A stretch of 63,056 nt of DNA, filler included, from Stramenopiles sp. TOSAG23-2 (lineage: Eukaryota): NCBI GenBank assembly GCA_900128395.1. It is 40 parts of 40 records of this genome, joined end to end, with 100 filler letters (N's around TTAATTAATTAA, not from the genome) between each part and the next. Parts side by side here need not be neighbours in the genome. Positions count along the whole stretch, not along the records: positions 58,801 to 60,152 come from LT653114.1; positions 60,253 to 61,604 come from LT653115.1; positions 61,705 to 63,056 come from LT653116.1; 37 more parts are not named here. One strand, written 5' to 3'. A program made the translations under genes and the position numbers. The first letter of the stretch is position 1; every line of letters begins with the position of its first letter. The notes below the pieces were generated by a model, which worked only from the letters and a program-made list of their open reading frames with translations, did no database searches and was not told where the DNA came from. Positions 59,530 to 63,056 of this stretch are shown piece by piece.

Positions 59530-60735
59530 ATTTTATTTCGTGTAGTGGTAGGGGTGGAAATATTTAAAATACTTTTTGTGTGCTCCGATGGAAAATATTT
59601 TATTAAAATTTACATATTGATGGAGTGCAGCGAGTATTTCTTATGATATAAGCTGTATATATATATATAAATTATACTTCAATTATTACTGAGTATAATT
59701 ATTTATACGTTTGCTACCACACTAAAAACACACATTATTAATATTACCAGGATTAATATAAGCTGTATATATATATATAAATTATACTTCAATTATTACT
59801 GAGTATAATTTATACGTTTGCTGGTTTGCTATAATACCACACTATAAACACACATTATTACTACTTGGTATAATATAACATATTATAGTACCACCACCGT
59901 GGTGGCAACGTGCCAACATAAACACAGGAGGGATTTCCATTATTTGTTTTCGAATAGCAAAATAAGAAAGAAGAAAAAAGTCTGTATCCATTTTTTAATA
60001 GCTCTAGCTACTATAGTTACCTGTACTCGATCCCCTCATAAAAAGCGCTATGCTGGGCCTGTGTTTAAGTAGCTAGGAGCTAGCTGGTATGACTCTACCT
60101 ATAGGGGTGCAAAAACCTGGTCCATCGTATTCACCTGCTATAGTGGTATATANNNNNNNNNNNNNNNNNNNNNNNNNNNNNNNNNNNNNNNNNNNNTTAA
60201 TTAATTAANNNNNNNNNNNNNNNNNNNNNNNNNNNNNNNNNNNNNNNNNNNNGTATATATATAATAATATATGGATTAATATTATATCCGTTTTTTATGA
60301 AAATAAAGAAAATTATAAAACACATATAAATCCAATAAATTTCTTATGATTGAATTTACATATTATACATATATCATTTGTAACTATACACTACATACAT
60401 AATATTATATATATAATTTTGTACATATTAAGATATATATTTCCATTAAAATATATTTTTATTGTTTTACCTTTTATTTATAATATCCAAATATATCAAC
60501 TAAACGACTAAAATGACCATTTTGGTACATTTACTATATATGTATATATACAACAAATATATTGAATATATATATTGATAAATTAGTAATTAGTTGTTAC
60601 TTACAGTTAATATAAATATGGATATATATATATATAATACTGGCATTGTTGTACATTTTTTTTTTCCTTGTGGTGAGTGAAATATATCGTATCGTAAAAA
60701 AATAAAAGATATACACATATACAAGCATACACAAG

Positions 60736-61604
60736 ATGGCATCGATTGCAAATACTGCAAATAATAATAATAATAATAATACAGATATTTTCAAAGATAT
60801 TTCCAAATGTAATGAACAATTAATTACAGCACAACAAACCCCAGCGGAAGCATTAATTATTGAAAGATTCCTAGATAAATATCCTTTATCGGCTATATTA
60901 AGTGCCATTGCTGGTACTAGCAGTGAAATTGGGATTGATGAACAAAGGAGAAATGTAAAATTAGTGACAGAATTGTTAAATCGTCTCCTTTTTAACAAAT
61001 GTAATATAACTATAATTTCACCAAATTTAGCTGGAACAATGGATTATTTAACTGCTGGTTTGAGTAGTCCATTTACTGAAATACAAATGTTATCACTACG
61101 TGTGTTAGAAAACGTATTTGAAACTGCTACGAAAGACAAGGAAACGGGAATGTTAAATGAGTATACCCCTGATCCAAAATTTATTCCATATTTAACAAAC
61201 TTACTGGACCATTCTGATGTAAAAGCTGGAAAAGTATTAGTAAGTGTTATGAGTAAATATGGACAATATTGTTCGAAATCAGATCGAGAAACATTATTGT
61301 TGAAATTAATTGAATATTTTCACGCAAAAGATATGACGGATAGCATAGCACATGTTCGTATCCTTGATATTGTAATGCACATTGGCAAATTAAAATTTCG
61401 ATTTAAGCAATGCGTTGACACGGGGGCGATGGATTTGATGGAATCGTTACTATTAGGTGATGATGTACTTGTGCAAATGAATGTATTGGAAATAGCTAAA
61501 TTATTAGCTGCAACTTCACATGGGGTGAAATATTTTTTACAAAATAATTATTGTGAAAGATTGTTTGAAATATTAGGTGTATCCTTCGGTAGTAATAATG
61601 ATAG
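60736..61604 (+). CDS. PSMD5: 26S proteasome assembly chaperone PSMD5/S5b-like, 5' part
   Basis: ARM/HEAT-like Leu-rich sequence; RILDIVMHI...GDDVLVQMNVLEI..LA.TSHGVKYF. Confidence 0.65.
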
Positions 61605-61751
61605 NNNNNNNNNNNNNNNNNNNNNNNNNNNNNNNNNNNNNNNNNNNNTTAATTAATTAANNNNNNNNNNNNNNNNNNNNNNNNNNNNNNNNNNNNNNNN
61701 NNNNATAAGATATTTGATATAACCGATAAAATTGTTGAAAGAGCATTAAAA

Positions 61752-62531
61752 ATGTCTTTTTTCACTGCTATGAACAAGAAACAACAAGATTATGATGAAG
61801 CACGAAAAGAGATTATGAATGGTAATAGGATTACTCGTCATAATAGAACAACAAAAATACGAAGACGTAAGATAAAATCAGCAAGTGCTTACAAAAGGAA
61901 AACAAGGCAACCTATAATACAAATGCGTTTAGGTTCAATTACAAAACGCCCAGCAACTAGTCCGTTAAAACAAAGGAGACACCGTCCACTCAATAATAAC
62001 ATAAATAATGTTGTAAATATACATACACCGGATTATGAAATGAATCCAAAACTTTTACAATACGACGATGATCATACAATTGATAATAGTAGAAAAACAA
62101 TTTCGCCTTCCATCACAAAACACAAGTATAATAATAATAATGGTGATTCATTATTACATGTTATGAAATTATCTTCGAAATTTGATAAAAAAAACAATAA
62201 TAGACCAAGACCTGCCACGACACCTTTTTCAACTAGGAAAAATGGAGGTAAAATAATTAAACATTCACCTAGTTATAATCATTTTAAAAAGAAAAGATCA
62301 CATTCTATTTCTCCCACGCGTTTTAAAAGACATACAGGGGAGTTTTTTCATGTACATCAATTAAGCCCAAGAACATCAGAAACAATGGAAAAATTAATAT
62401 CACCCAGGCCGCCAATGTCGTCAAGAACGAGAAAACAAGGAAGGAAACATCAAAAAGGAAGATTTGTTAAAAAAACTGATAAAAATGATGAAGAACTACA
62501 AAGTTATATACAAAATAAGCGGTTAAATTGA
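61752..62531 (+). CDS. Basic low-complexity hypothetical protein
   Basis: 259-aa ORF with RPAT and SP motifs. Confidence 0.5.
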   Translation: MSFFTAMNKKQQDYDEARKEIMNGNRITRHNRTTKIRRRKIKSASAYKRKTRQPIIQMRLGSITKRPATSPLKQRRHRPLNNNINNVVNIHTPDYEMNPKLLQYDDDHTIDNSRKTISPSITKHKYNNNNGDSLLHVMKLSSKFDKKNNNRPRPATTPFSTRKNGGKIIKHSPSYNHFKKKRSHSISPTRFKRHTGEFFHVHQLSPRTSETMEKLISPRPPMSSRTRKQGRKHQKGRFVKKTDKNDEELQSYIQNKRLN

Positions 62532-63056
62532 TTTTTTCTTTCCAATTGAATGACATTGTTGTCATTGTATTGTACGTTCAGTTAAATTTATACATGTGGG
62601 GTGGGGGGTGTATATACATATATATATAGACTGTTTTAAAAGAGATATTAATGATAATTATAATATAATAATAATTTTTAAAAAATATAAAAATACACGC
62701 GCTTATAAATAAAATATTCTATTTTTTTTTATAAATATATATATATACTCTACTTCATACACACGAGTTCGTACCACCTCGCCTTAAGCTCCCTTGAGCC
62801 TGTTTTTGAAAGACCAACGATGAAACTTTCATGTGTGTTCTTATACGCGCAATATATATAATTTTTTTTACGTTTTTTTTTTGACTTTTTTATTTTCATT
62901 GATATCAAATATATTTTTATTATATGACATATAAATTTAAATATTTATCATTAAATATATGAATAGTTATCGAATCAAACTATTAGCATATTCATCCATT
63001 GCCTCTGCCATTTCAATATCATTTGTACTAATGCCACCACAATCATGTGTAGCTAA

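Noticed and set aside
3751-60998. Many short antisense or alternative-frame ORFs (e.g. 3751, 11156, 12245, 18123, 20037, 37106, 52293, 56599, 60597)
   Set aside because: Shadows of recognised genes on the other strand or frame.
6208-61704. Regularly spaced TTAATTAATTAA repeat resembling an array
   Set aside because: Artificial linker inside N runs between size-sorted contigs; not CRISPR or a satellite. ORF ends reading LIN or N come from it.

Overview
This window is not one locus. It is 40 segments joined by 39 artificial 100-nt linkers (44 N + TTAATTAATTAA + 44 N, stops in all six frames): one scaffold piece (1-6207, with an N gap at 5081-5155) followed by 39 size-sorted contigs of about 1363 down to 1352 bp. 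Adjacency across linkers means nothing. Most segments come from a very AT-rich, intron-poor microbial eukaryote with poly-Asn tracts. Recognisable genes include bleomycin hydrolase, TRM13, CFAP418, PSMD5, formin FH2, RCC1, MORN, TPR, RRM, RluA, Dispatched-like, cadherin, Calx-beta and ankyrin proteins; a flagellated stramenopile-like protist is inferred, not proven. Most notable: (1) a PduL-type phosphotransacylase in host-like DNA, as a tandem degenerate+intact duplication with a hydrophobic insertion; (2) a giant-virus contig (VLTF3 plus a small NCLDV-type gene), a virion-fibre-like gene and a decayed CEHxR zinc-finger fragment; (3) a complete 684-bp non-autonomous piggyBac-type element (TTAA TSD, perfect 21-bp TIRs) next to a foldback; (4) two 5'-truncated copies of an RLE-type (CRE-like) non-LTR retrotransposon; (5) a ~120-bp MITE family with 6 copies; (6) a palindromic TACGA-N(0-4)-TCGTA motif concentrated in 3' gene flanks; (7) a 38-aa-repeat (OPR-like) protein with an internal RAP domain. 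Many 100-170-bp tandem duplications look like assembly artefacts. No rRNA, tRNA or CRISPR array was recognised.
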